Positions 1 to 8,881 of a DNA stretch of 64,000 nt are shown here, one piece after another. Source of the DNA: a virus; IMG/VR virus record IMGVR_UViG_3300045996_003734, positions 45,167 to 109,166 of that record. One strand, 5' to 3'. Numbering within the stretch: position 1 is the first letter of the stretch; each line of letters begins with the position of its first letter. The translations under genes and the position numbers were made by a program. Below the pieces are notes generated by a model. That model was given only the letters and a program-made list of their open reading frames with translations, did not search any database and had not been told where the DNA came from.

Positions 1-1502
1 GCGATGCCCGCCGCCGCGCCGAGGCTCTTGCCGGCGGTGGACCACGCACCGTTCCTAGCGGCTTCCGCGGCGAGGTTCGCGCCGATGCTCTTGCCGAGCG
101 AGATGGCCTTGTCCTTGCCGAGCCCAGCGACGTCGCCCGCGATCGAGCCCGCCGCCGACATGCCAGCGCCCTTTCCAAGGAAAGCCGCTCCCGCGAGGAT
201 CGGATGGTCCGCTGCGAACTCGAGTAAGCTGGTGAAGCCGTTGGTCAGGCGCGGCAGCAGCTGCGCCAGCTTCTCCATCGAGGCCATCATCTCGGGCTTC
301 GTGAAGGCCGTCTTGAACCGGTTCATGACGTCGGCCATCACGCGGTCCGGGTCCTTGGCGGCGCGCTTCTTGGCCTCGGCCTCGAGCTGGGCGGCGGTCA
401 GGCTCGTCTTGCCGGCCGCCTCGAGTGCCTGGTGGAAGGCGTCGAGCGCCGCCGCGGTCTTCTTCTTGGCGGTACCCTCGGTCTCGGCGAACACCTTCTG
501 GTAGGTCTTGCCGAAGTCGCTCACCAGCTTGAGCGTGTCGCCCTGGAACACCTTCGAGAGCGTCTCTTCCTTGCCGCCAGTCTTGGCCAGGATCTTGTCG
601 AGCGCGTCCTTCCGAGCGCCTCCGCCCTTCTCGGTGATCTTGATGCCAAGGTCCTTCTCGATGCTCTTCAGCTTGTCGGCGTTGCCGAAGGTCTCCATCA
701 GGCTGGTGACCGCCGTCAGGTTCTTCTTGAAGCTGCCGGTGACGTTGTCGCCGACGTTCAGCATACCGAGCACCTGCTGAAGGCCGGCCTTTCCCTCGAG
801 GCCCATCTGCTTCGCAGACGCGCCAACGATACCGAGCTTGGCGCCGAGGTCGTCGATGTTCGCGCCGCCCTTGCTCGAGAGCTCGATGACGGAGGCCAGC
901 GCGTCCTGCATCTCGTTGCCGGCGATGCCGAACTTCTCGTTGAGGGTTCCAGCGATCGCGGTCAGCGTGTTGACGCTCTTGCCGCTGGCGTTCGCTGCGA
1001 TGGCGATGGCGTCGAGCGCGTCGGCAGAGAACTGCGCGTCCCCCGTCTCGTCGTAGAGCGCGGCGTAGGCGCCGGCGAGCTCGTTGACGTCGCGCTTCCA
1101 ACGCTTCGCCGCGCCCTCCACGTCCTTCTGGACGTCGGTCCACTCGACCGCCTTGCCTGTGCCCGTGCTGATGGCGAAGGCGAGGTCCTTGTAAATGCCG
1201 ACCAGCTCGGTGCCGCTCTTGGCGCCGGCGGCCACGGAGAGCGCGCCGCCGAGCGTGGCCGCCTGCCCGATGGTGTTCTTCAGCTCCTTGCCGAGGTCCG
1301 CAAGCGTGTCCTTGGCCGCGCCGAAGCCCTTCTTGATCGAGCCTAGTGCCGGGTGGAGCTTCCGCTCGGCCTTCTCGCCGGCCTCGCCCACTCCCTCGAT
1401 TTCGTGGCCGAGCTCGGCCGCTTTCTTCTCGATCTCCTTGAGCATCGAGAGGAAGCCGCCGGCGGCGAGCTCGAGCCGGACCTTGGCGTCTTTCTCAGAC
1501 AT
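1..1502 (-). CDS. Tail tape measure protein, copy A (5' part; runs off the window edge)
   Basis: ATG at 1502 (MSEKDAKVRLEL...); collinear with the full ORF 61772-63781; follows the tail chaperone. Confidence 0.88.
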   Translation of the reverse strand, partial: MSEKDAKVRLELAAGGFLSMLKEIEKKAAELGHEIEGVGEAGEKAERKLHPALGSIKKGFGAAKDTLADLGKELKNTIGQAATLGGALSVAAGAKSGTELVGIYKDLAFAISTGTGKAVEWTDVQKDVEGAAKRWKRDVNELAGAYAALYDETGDAQFSADALDAIAIAANASGKSVNTLTAIAGTLNEKFGIAGNEMQDALASVIELSSKGGANIDDLGAKLGIVGASAKQMGLEGKAGLQQVLGMLNVGDNVTGSFKKNLTAVTSLMETFGNADKLKSIEKDLGIKITEKGGGARKDALDKILAKTGGKEETLSKVFQGDTLKLVSDFGKTYQKVFAETEGTAKKKTAAALDAFHQALEAAGKTSLTAAQLEAEAKKRAAKDPDRVMADVMNRFKTAFTKPEMMASMEKLAQLLPRLTNGFTSLLEFAADHPILAGAAFLGKGAGMSAAGSIAGDVAGLGKDKAISLGKSIGANLAAEAARNGAWSTAGKSLGAAAGI

Positions 1503-1586
1503 CGTCCTTCCCCAGGTCGTTCAGGATTCTGCGCCACTCGGGGTCGGCGTTGTCGCCGCGCACGATGGCTGCGAGTTCGTTGAACT

Positions 1587-2192
1587 TCAGGGTTCCGGCG
1601 TCGAGGTCTCGGCAGATTGCAACCAGGACGGCGCCGTCGGTGAGCGCAAAGCTTCCCGCGCCATACGTATGATGCAGCTGGGCTGCTCGTGCCCAACGAT
1701 ACCGAGTAAAGGGAGGATGCTGCGTCGCTTCGCCACCTCGCTCAGCATGCGCCAGAAGGCGTCGTCGGTGGTGACGGGCTCGCGCGGATCGATGAGCGCC
1801 TTGTACGCGTTGATGCGCTCCTGAATGTCCTTCAGGCCGCCCTCGTCCCATGCCGCCAGCTCGGCGTAGTTCATGAGCTGGCCGTGCGGCGCGTCGAAGG
1901 TGCGGATGGCTCGAGCGAGCAGGCACACCTGCTCCATGTCGTCGAACAAGGCCTTGTCGCGGTCGGGGTCTAGCGCCTTTTTCGAGGCGAACCAAAGGCG
2001 CGCCTGCGTGCGGGCCTCGACCTCGTCGTCCGGGACGGGCACCCAGACGCGCACCTTTTTCTCCTCGACCTTCCCCAGTTCGTTGCGCCGACGGATCTTG
2101 TCTTCGAAGAGCAGCCGGCCCGACTCGTGGCGGACCAGCTCGAGCTCTTCCCATGATGCACCGCCGAACGCAGGGATCGCAGCGCCCGCCAT
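1587..2192 (-). CDS. Tail assembly chaperone (gpG-like); -1 frameshift product (gpGT-like) ends at 1495
   Basis: Lies between tube and TMP; in-frame slippery heptamer C CCT TTA. Confidence 0.85.
   Translation of the reverse strand: MAGAAIPAFGGASWEELELVRHESGRLLFEDKIRRRNELGKVEEKKVRVWVPVPDDEVEARTQARLWFASKKALDPDRDKALFDDMEQVCLLARAIRTFDAPHGQLMNYAELAAWDEGGLKDIQERINAYKALIDPREPVTTDDAFWRMLSEVAKRRSILPLLGIVGHEQPSCIIRMAREALRSPTAPSWLQSAETSTPEP
1707..1713 (-). promoter_or_regulatory. -1 programmed ribosomal frameshift site CCCTTTA
   Basis: X XXY YYZ in the chaperone frame; -1 frame open to 1495 and conserved at protein level in the second copy. Confidence 0.85.
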
Positions 2193-2578
2193 CAGACGGG
2201 GTCGCCCTGCGCCTTACCAACGAGGCTCACGCTGAACTCGATGGCGTTATCGACGTTGGCGACGATCTGCGGCTTCGTGAACCGACCGGTGCAGGTGAAC
2301 ACCAGGCCCGGCACCTTGAGGCGAAGGTTCTGGACCTTGCGCTTGCGGTAGCTCGTCATGTAGTCGCGCTCGAAACCTTCGTTCGAGATCAGCGACTTGA
2401 AGCTCACGGTGCAGCTGCGCATGCCGTGGGTCGAGCCCGCGGGGTTCATGCGCAGCGTCGCGAGGACTTTTTCCCCGTCTTCGAACGCGAACGTCACGTC
2501 CGCACAGTCGACGAGGTCGCCGGCGCCGAGAGCGACCTGGCCTTTTGGGTAGTCGAGAAAGTCGGAATTATCGGCCAT
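2192..2578 (-). CDS. Tail tube protein (Mu gpM-like)
   Basis: 128 aa beta-rich ORF directly after the sheath gene. Confidence 0.75.
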   Translation of the reverse strand: MADNSDFLDYPKGQVALGAGDLVDCADVTFAFEDGEKVLATLRMNPAGSTHGMRSCTVSFKSLISNEGFERDYMTSYRKRKVQNLRLKVPGLVFTCTGRFTKPQIVANVDNAIEFSVSLVGKAQGDPV

Positions 2579-2582
2579 TTGC

Positions 2583-4103
2583 TCAGCCCACCTTCGCCAC
2601 GACTAGGGAAATCTTAGCGAGAATCTTGAACGCTTTTGCCGGAATGAAGATGTCCAGCTGGTTCTCGTCGGCGCCATCGACCTCGCAAATCAGCGTGCCG
2701 TCGTCCACGGTGCTCTGGAACTTCACGCCGTCGATGACGCCCTTCGGCACGTGGAAGTTGAGCGTGCGCCGAATCACCCAGGCTTTGGCGTCGCGCTCCT
2801 CGATGACTCCCGCGGGGTTGGGGTCGTCGCCTTCTTTGCGGTTCTTCGCGATCTTTACTTGCCCGTCGGGGCTCATGAACTCCTGCGGGAGGCCGATGCG
2901 GAGGTCCTTGCTGTAGTCGTACAGCGCGTCGACCTCGTTCACGTCGAACACCCGACGGTCCTGGTTGCCGAGCGTGTCGATCGAGTGCGTCGTGACCGAG
3001 CGCAGGATAATGGGCGCGCCGCTCGCCGAGTAGCCGACGATGGACACGCCGTTGTTGAGCGCGTCGATGACCTCGGGATCCGAGGGCTGATCGCCGTTAA
3101 CGTCAGCGGAGCCGCGGACCCGCTTGAGCGGCTGAAGAACGCGATTAGCGTTGCTCTCCTTTGCACGCCGACGCATGCGATCGCCGGCCTCTGCGGCCGC
3201 GATTTCGCAGGGCAGGGACTCGTCGCTGACGCTAAGAACGTGCTGGAGGTTAGTGTGGTTGCGCGCGATGGCGCCGGTCTTGGCCTGGGCGATGCTGCCG
3301 GTTGAACCGTACACCGCTTGCTGCAGCCGGGAGTTGAAGCCCGTCACGTTCGCGTCGATGTGCGTCGCCACCCGCGCCGCGTTCGTGGAGCCGCCGGACG
3401 CCTGCGCATCGGCGTTGCTCAGGCAAGGGACGATGAAGTCGTACTCCTTCGAGAGCGCCGCGAGCGCGGCCGTCATATCGACTTCAACCGTGCCGCCCGT
3501 GAGAGTGGCGCCGCTGGGCGTGAGAGTAGCGCCGGTGCCGGTGAGCTGCTTTACACGCAAGCGAATGTCGTTGCCGGCCGTCCCCTTGCTCCGCGCGAGC
3601 AGGTTCATAGCGCCCGCCGTCCCTGCACTGGCAACGCAGAAGAGGTCCGTTCCCTTCTGATTGATGCGCGGGAAGTTGTTGTCACGCGCTGCCGTCGCAG
3701 CCTCGCCCACGTTCCAGAACACGTCGACCGAGACGCCCTGAATCCAAACGCGCCAGGAGCAATTGCTCGTGGGAGTGCCGGCAAAGGTCAACGTGCCGCT
3801 CGCGGCGACGCCCGCCGATTCCGTGCAGCACACCAGGTCCACGAGCGCCTGCGGATGGTTCTCGACGAACGACTGGAACGCGAAGTAGCCGAGGCAGCGC
3901 CCAGCCGCGACCTCGACGTCCTCCTTCGAGTAGACGGTGCGAGCTTCGTTGACGGGCAGGTCACCACCCGACGTTGCTGGCGGCGAGATGATGACCGCGC
4001 GAAGGCCGGCCACGCCGGGGCTTGAGGCGCCGCGCAAGAGCGCAACGGAGAGCGCGAGGCCGGGCCTCGGATTGCTCGGATCTACGGCGAGCGGGGCGAC
4101 CAT
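2583..4103 (-). CDS. Contractile tail sheath protein (Mu gpL-like)
   Basis: 506 aa; AASGTLTFAGT, ARSKGTAGNDI and ALNNGVS...RSVTT motifs typical of Mu-like sheaths. Confidence 0.9.
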   Translation of the reverse strand: MVAPLAVDPSNPRPGLALSVALLRGASSPGVAGLRAVIISPPATSGGDLPVNEARTVYSKEDVEVAAGRCLGYFAFQSFVENHPQALVDLVCCTESAGVAASGTLTFAGTPTSNCSWRVWIQGVSVDVFWNVGEAATAARDNNFPRINQKGTDLFCVASAGTAGAMNLLARSKGTAGNDIRLRVKQLTGTGATLTPSGATLTGGTVEVDMTAALAALSKEYDFIVPCLSNADAQASGGSTNAARVATHIDANVTGFNSRLQQAVYGSTGSIAQAKTGAIARNHTNLQHVLSVSDESLPCEIAAAEAGDRMRRRAKESNANRVLQPLKRVRGSADVNGDQPSDPEVIDALNNGVSIVGYSASGAPIILRSVTTHSIDTLGNQDRRVFDVNEVDALYDYSKDLRIGLPQEFMSPDGQVKIAKNRKEGDDPNPAGVIEERDAKAWVIRRTLNFHVPKGVIDGVKFQSTVDDGTLICEVDGADENQLDIFIPAKAFKILAKISLVVAKVG

Positions 4104-4546
4104 TACTTGTTCTTCTTCCTGCCCTCAGGCTTGGGCTCCGCCTCGGCAGGCGGGGTGATTTCGGGCTCGGGCTCGGGAGCTGGCTCGGGCTCGGGCTCGG
4201 GCTCGGGCGCGGGCTCGGGAGCTGGCGCGGGCGGAGGGAAACGCTCTGCCTCGCGGGCTTCCTCGAGCTGGAGCCACGCCAGCCAGTCCTCGCGGGTGCG
4301 CTCGACCAGGTCGCGGTGCTTCAGCGCATTCCGCAGCTCGCGGTCGTACCGCGCGCAGAAGGCGGCCGTGAGCGGGACGACACACTCGGTGTCCCAAACG
4401 ATCGCCTCAGCGCCCTCGGCGCGCTCCGCCGCCGTCGCGACGCGAGCGCCAAAGCTGCTGCCGTTGGCGTCCCAGCGCGACACGAGCCGCCCCTCGACGG
4501 ACGAGACGTAGCGCGCGAATTCGATGGCGGGAGCTTCGTCGGGCAT
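4103..4546 (-). CDS. Hypothetical tail-associated protein with (PE/PA)n tail
   Basis: Coupled to the sheath start; TCGGGC hexamer repeats at ~4160-4220. Confidence 0.65.
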   Translation of the reverse strand: MPDEAPAIEFARYVSSVEGRLVSRWDANGSSFGARVATAAERAEGAEAIVWDTECVVPLTAAFCARYDRELRNALKHRDLVERTREDWLAWLQLEEAREAERFPPPAPAPEPAPEPEPEPEPAPEPEPEITPPAEAEPKPEGRKKNK

Positions 4547-4574
4547 TGAGCCCGACTGGTCTAAACGCCGGGCC

Positions 4575-5528
4575 CTACGGTGACCCGTTCGGAGGCATCG
4601 GGTCGGTCACATCGGGCAGCTTGATGGGCGGCGAAATCGCCGGCCCCTCTCCGTTGGTCCCGGTGAGGTTCTGCATGCGCGTGCGGAGCCAGTCGTTGTA
4701 CTCGGTGGTCTGCCGTCGGTGCTGGAGCGTGACGGTGCAGCCGATACGCACGAGATCGATGTAGCTGGTGGGCGTGACGCCGAACACACGCGCGTCGAGC
4801 ACCTCGGCGCCAGGCTCGTTTGCGAGCCGCAGACCGCGCGCGCTCATGGTGTCGAAGAGCGTCTCGATGACGTCGGTGCGCAGCACGTCGCCTTCCATTT
4901 GCCGCTGTGCCTGGGTGTCGAGCCTGCCGGTGACGAGGAAGAGCGACCACGTGTGCCGGTAGAGAAACTTGCCGCGGCCGGTGCGCGCGAGACGCGAAAC
5001 GCCCTGCGCCGCCATCGGGCCGTCGAGCGGGCCGGTGCTTTCCCAGCAAAGGCAGACGCCAGGGAACTGCGACATTTGCGCGCGCAGGAACTGCTCGAAG
5101 GTCCCCTGCTCGAAGCGCTTGTAGGTCACGAGCTGCTGGATGGCGCCGACGCCCAGCTTGGCGATGCCACCGGTCAGCCCCGCCGGCGACACGCTTTCGA
5201 GCTCGATGCCCAGCTGCGGCAGCGACCAGCTGTACTGCGTCCCCGGACTGGTGTTGCCGACCGAGCCGCCTTGCAGCGACTCAACCGGCACGAGCACGCC
5301 GGTATTTGTGACCGGCCAGTCACCCCGCTCGTTAGCGGGGTTTTTCGTGACGAACACGGTGGCCTCTTCCAGCAAACCGCCGCGCACGATCGGAACCGCG
5401 CACGCGCCAAAGGGCAAGGTGCCGGTCGGGCCGTCCGACTTCACGAGCAGTTCGCCGGCAGCGACCGTTCCCATCAACGGCGCAAGGGCGGCCTGAATCG
5501 CTCGGCCGTTGGCGATGCTGTCACTCAT
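4575..5528 (-). CDS. Putative tail terminator/neck protein
   Basis: 317 aa; sits at the Mu gp37-like position; function from synteny only. Confidence 0.5.
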   Translation of the reverse strand: MSDSIANGRAIQAALAPLMGTVAAGELLVKSDGPTGTLPFGACAVPIVRGGLLEEATVFVTKNPANERGDWPVTNTGVLVPVESLQGGSVGNTSPGTQYSWSLPQLGIELESVSPAGLTGGIAKLGVGAIQQLVTYKRFEQGTFEQFLRAQMSQFPGVCLCWESTGPLDGPMAAQGVSRLARTGRGKFLYRHTWSLFLVTGRLDTQAQRQMEGDVLRTDVIETLFDTMSARGLRLANEPGAEVLDARVFGVTPTSYIDLVRIGCTVTLQHRRQTTEYNDWLRTRMQNLTGTNGEGPAISPPIKLPDVTDPMPPNGSP

Positions 5529-5728
5529 GAGGGCTGGTCGGGATGGTGCCAGGTGCCGGCGGCCTTGGCCCTCGACTCTGGCGCCTCGACCTCGCTCATG
5601 CCGCCGCGCCCGTTGCCGACGAGCAGCAGCGTTCGCCCGTCCGGGCCCGGGTCGCCCAGCGTGCGCGCCTGCAGGTGCCGGCCCTCCTTGTCGACGTAGA
5701 CGACGCGCAGCGGGTGCTTCCCGCTCAT
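5525..5728 (-). CDS. Small hypothetical protein
   Basis: ATGA overlaps with both neighbours. Confidence 0.6.
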   Translation of the reverse strand: MSGKHPLRVVYVDKEGRHLQARTLGDPGPDGRTLLLVGNGRGGMSEVEAPESRAKAAGTWHHPDQPS

Positions 5729-6153
5729 GGCGGCATCTGCGACAGGATGAGCTCCGCGGCCTCGTCCAAGATCGGACCCTCGAAGGGACCGAGGTTGTAG
5801 AAGTCGCGCAGGGGTATCTTTCGCCGGGGCTCGGGACTCACGTGGTAGACGTCATAGCTAACCAGCGACATGGCTTCTGCAAAGGTGTCGCTCCACGCTG
5901 GCGAGACGCTTCCCGCCATCATCCCGGAATCCTGTAGGATTTTTGCGCCGGCTCCGCTCTTCCGGCGGTTGGCCAGCGTCGAATCTTCGAGCCCCCTCCA
6001 GCCGGGACCCTCCGCCTCGAAGACGTCCGCGACGCCGGCGACGAGCAGCTCGGCGATGACCGGAAGCATGCCCGGCAACGCCTGCGCCTTGGCCTGCAGC
6101 GGCCGGAGCACGGTCGAGAGGTTGTGCTCGACCTTCAGCTCGAAGAACGACAC
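5725..6153 (-). CDS. Virion morphogenesis / tail completion protein (Mu gpG / P2 S-like)
   Basis: W..L..ST...R...KILQDSG.M..S and IP.R.F motifs. Confidence 0.8.
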   Translation of the reverse strand: MSFFELKVEHNLSTVLRPLQAKAQALPGMLPVIAELLVAGVADVFEAEGPGWRGLEDSTLANRRKSGAGAKILQDSGMMAGSVSPAWSDTFAEAMSLVSYDVYHVSPEPRRKIPLRDFYNLGPFEGPILDEAAELILSQMPP

Positions 6154-6627
6154 TCAGTAGCCCCCCGGTCGGGGCCGCCTCGCGTTCGGGGCGAACATGA
6201 ACTGCGGGCAGTCCGCGCTCGCGATGCGGCCGCGCACGTTCGGGTTGCGCCCCGCTTTCGCTTCGCCAACCGAGCGGAGCTGCCCTTGCACGATGAGCTC
6301 GAGCATCTTCAGCGCGTCGGTGCGGTGCGACGCGTACGGGGCGCCCTGCCCGCACCACTGCGGCTTGCCCTGCATGCCCTCGTACATGGCGATCGCGCAG
6401 AGCTGGCTCTTGACCGCGTCGTCCTCGGCGACGAGCGCTTCTCGCTGCTCGCGCGCCGGCCAAGCCTTCATGAGCACCGCCTCGCCCAGGCGCGTGGCCA
6501 CGACGCAGGCGACTGCAAGCCGAGGTCCCGGCTCGAGTCGCCCAGCGTCTGAGAACACCTGCGCAACGAATTGCGGCGGGTAGCGCTCCTCCAGGTCGAG
6601 CTGCGTAATGAGCGCCGGTGCGGGCAC
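6154..6627 (-). CDS. Head-tail adaptor (Mu gp36/DUF1320-like)
   Basis: DLEERY start, LCAIAMY and ALKMLELIVQGQ motifs; position after the capsid genes. Confidence 0.75.
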   Translation of the reverse strand: MPAPALITQLDLEERYPPQFVAQVFSDAGRLEPGPRLAVACVVATRLGEAVLMKAWPAREQREALVAEDDAVKSQLCAIAMYEGMQGKPQWCGQGAPYASHRTDALKMLELIVQGQLRSVGEAKAGRNPNVRGRIASADCPQFMFAPNARRPRPGGY

Positions 6628-6635
6628 CGGTCACC

Positions 6636-7232
6636 TCAGGAGTGGAGGAAGCCGCTCTGCTCGAGGTCTGCGAGCGTCTCCTTCGAGACGCGGTACACGA
6701 CCGCCTGCAGCCCGAGCTCCTGCTGAAGCTCGGCCACGTCGTCGTCCGACTTGGTGACGATGAGCACGTCGCCGGCCTTCGCGTGGAGGCGGCCGCCCTT
6801 GCCGACGCCCGCCACACCCGAGGCGATGGTGACGCACTCGTTCAGCTGGCGCGCGTTCTCGGGTAGGCCGGCGATGGCCGTGCCGGCATTCTTGGCAGCC
6901 GTGGTCGCCGCGGCCAGCGCGGCGGTCAGCTCCCCGACCTGCTGCTCGAGCGACTTGCGAGCTCCACGCTCGCGGTCGAGCTCGCCCTGCAAGCCGTTGG
7001 CGCGAGCCTCCGCCTGCGAGAGCTTCACTGCGAGCTCGCCCGTCTTTTGCTCGAGCTTGGCCTCCGCCTGCTGGCGGATGCGGGTCTCGTCGTTCGGGGG
7101 CGGGGCTACGCTCGCGGCCCCTGCGCCGGTCGCGGCCCCGCCCTCGGCAGTCGCGCTCTCGCCCTTCGCCGCGCCGGCACCCGGATCGAGGACCTCGGTA
7201 CCGCCCGCGGCTTGGTTCTTCGCCTTCGACAT
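6636..7232 (-). CDS. Coiled-coil hypothetical protein downstream of the capsid gene
   Basis: Heptad-rich central region; probable ATG at 7232. Confidence 0.6.
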   Translation of the reverse strand: MSKAKNQAAGGTEVLDPGAGAAKGESATAEGGAATGAGAASVAPPPNDETRIRQQAEAKLEQKTGELAVKLSQAEARANGLQGELDRERGARKSLEQQVGELTAALAAATTAAKNAGTAIAGLPENARQLNECVTIASGVAGVGKGGRLHAKAGDVLIVTKSDDDVAELQQELGLQAVVYRVSKETLADLEQSGFLHS

Positions 7233-7257
7233 TTGCGTCTTTCTCTCGAGCACCCTC

Positions 7258-8388
7258 TCAGGTGCTGAGCACGTCCTTGATGAGGCCGCCGGCGATGTTC
7301 GTCCCGAAGAACGTGGTCTCGCCGAAGCCGGCTTCGAACATGGTGCCGCCGTTGATGCCGCGGCCCTGCGGGATGTACTCGTTCGTCACGACGCCGGTGC
7401 CGCTGCGGCCCTTGGCGCGGAACGTCCAGCTGGTGGCGGTGCGCTTGCCGTCGCGCGGTAGACCCGGCGCCGGGTTCGACACCAGGACGACGTCGTCGCC
7501 GAGGATGTACTGCAGCGCGCCGCCAGCCGCCGGGATACGGCGGGCCGGGCAGATGTGAATGGTCGGCATGCCGACGATGTTGAGCTGCTGGTACCCCTGC
7601 ACGTCCGCAGCCTGGGCGATCTCCGGCTTGGGGCCGGCGGTGCCCATCGTGGTGTTGATGTACGCGCGCACGTTGTTGTCGGACAGGAACCAGTACGCGA
7701 CGTCGGGGTTCATGCCGATGTCGGTGATGGGCTGCGCCGACGCGAGGATGCGGGCGTGGATGTCCGCGCGAGGGTCCTTGGTCGAGCCGTTGTCCCACTT
7801 GAAGTTCGTGGTCAGCGACGTGCGGTTGTTGGCGTTCCAGTTGTTGAGGGTCGTGAGCGCACCGAACACGCGGATCTCGCGCGACAGGTACAGCTTGTTC
7901 ATGACCATCTCGCCGCTGGCCGCGCGCACGTCGTAGGCGTCGACCGCCTCGTTCTGCGCGCCCCACGGGATGAACGTCGCCAGACCGTGCTCGAAGGTCT
8001 GGTACTGCGTGGTCGCGCTGGCGTGCGCGATCTCGTTGATGGCGCCTTGCCGGCCCACCTCAGTGGGCACGTACTCGAACATGTTCTCGAGCGCGAAGTC
8101 GCGGCGGTTGCCCTTCTCCTTGTCGACCAGCACCACCGGGGAAAACAGGTCCGCGCAGTAGGCGAAGGGGCTGTAGCCGCCGAGGTAGGTGTCGAGCTCG
8201 CGCGCCTGGTCCCCGACCTCTGCCGGCGTCACGGCCATGAGCACGCGGGTGCCGGCCGCGCCGACGCCATCCACGTTTTCGGTCAAGGTGAAGAAGCGAT
8301 GGCCAGGAGGCGCACCGTTCTGATTCGAGAGAGTGTCGATGGCGAGCGGAAGCCCGTTGAAACTGGGCTGTCGGAGGGCTGCGTTCAT
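7258..8388 (-). CDS. Major capsid protein
   Basis: 376 aa; follows protease and decoration genes; RBS present; C-terminal GGLIKDV. Confidence 0.75.
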   Translation of the reverse strand: MNAALRQPSFNGLPLAIDTLSNQNGAPPGHRFFTLTENVDGVGAAGTRVLMAVTPAEVGDQARELDTYLGGYSPFAYCADLFSPVVLVDKEKGNRRDFALENMFEYVPTEVGRQGAINEIAHASATTQYQTFEHGLATFIPWGAQNEAVDAYDVRAASGEMVMNKLYLSREIRVFGALTTLNNWNANNRTSLTTNFKWDNGSTKDPRADIHARILASAQPITDIGMNPDVAYWFLSDNNVRAYINTTMGTAGPKPEIAQAADVQGYQQLNIVGMPTIHICPARRIPAAGGALQYILGDDVVLVSNPAPGLPRDGKRTATSWTFRAKGRSGTGVVTNEYIPQGRGINGGTMFEAGFGETTFFGTNIAGGLIKDVLST

Positions 8389-8436
8389 GATGAGGTGCGT
8401 TCCTTCAGAGGGTGACGAGCGAGAGAGCGAAGCGCC

Positions 8437-8823
8437 TCACGGCGCGATGAAGCGGCCCTTCCAGAGCTCGAGCTCGAAGAGCCCGTCAGCGCCGGCACAC
8501 GCCGACATGGCGCGACCCCAGATCGCACTCGCCGTGACAGCGGTAGCGAAGCGACCGTCGGTCCCGCATTGAACGAGTGCGTGGAGCGCGATAGCGGCCG
8601 AGCCTTTGGCCGTGACCTTGCCCTCGGTTTGCATCGAGCGGGTGCCGTTTTGCGGCAGGTCTTCGGTCGTCACGCCGCCAGGCAAGCTGGTGACCGCGGT
8701 GGGCAGGATGACTTCGTCCTGACCAACGCCGGGGATGACGCCAAGGCCCTTGCCGATGGCTGCGTTTACGTTCTTGGCCGTTCGGAAGTACGAGGGGCTG
8801 GTGATTTCTCTCGGAGTCGGCAT
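8437..8823 (-). CDS. Capsid decoration/cement protein (DUF2190-like)
   Basis: 128 aa Gly/Ala/Thr-rich ORF between protease and MCP. Confidence 0.6.
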   Translation of the reverse strand: MPTPREITSPSYFRTAKNVNAAIGKGLGVIPGVGQDEVILPTAVTSLPGGVTTEDLPQNGTRSMQTEGKVTAKGSAAIALHALVQCGTDGRFATAVTASAIWGRAMSACAGADGLFELELWKGRFIAP

Positions 8824-8881
8824 GGCTTTCCTCGGGTCGCTGTCAGTTCAAAATGGGAAGCGGTGGGTGTGGGCGCGGCGC

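Larger units (their letters stand above)
1..1718. repeat. Diverged direct repeat, copy A (matches 62280-64000)
   Basis: Hand alignment: 11/60 mismatches at 1-60 (10 at third codon positions), 2/60 at 541-600, identical over 1592-1718. Confidence 0.95.

Noticed and set aside
4160-4230. TCGGGC tandem repeat as a phase-variation tract
   Set aside because: The unit is 6 nt and only encodes a Pro-Glu linker; no frameshifting potential.
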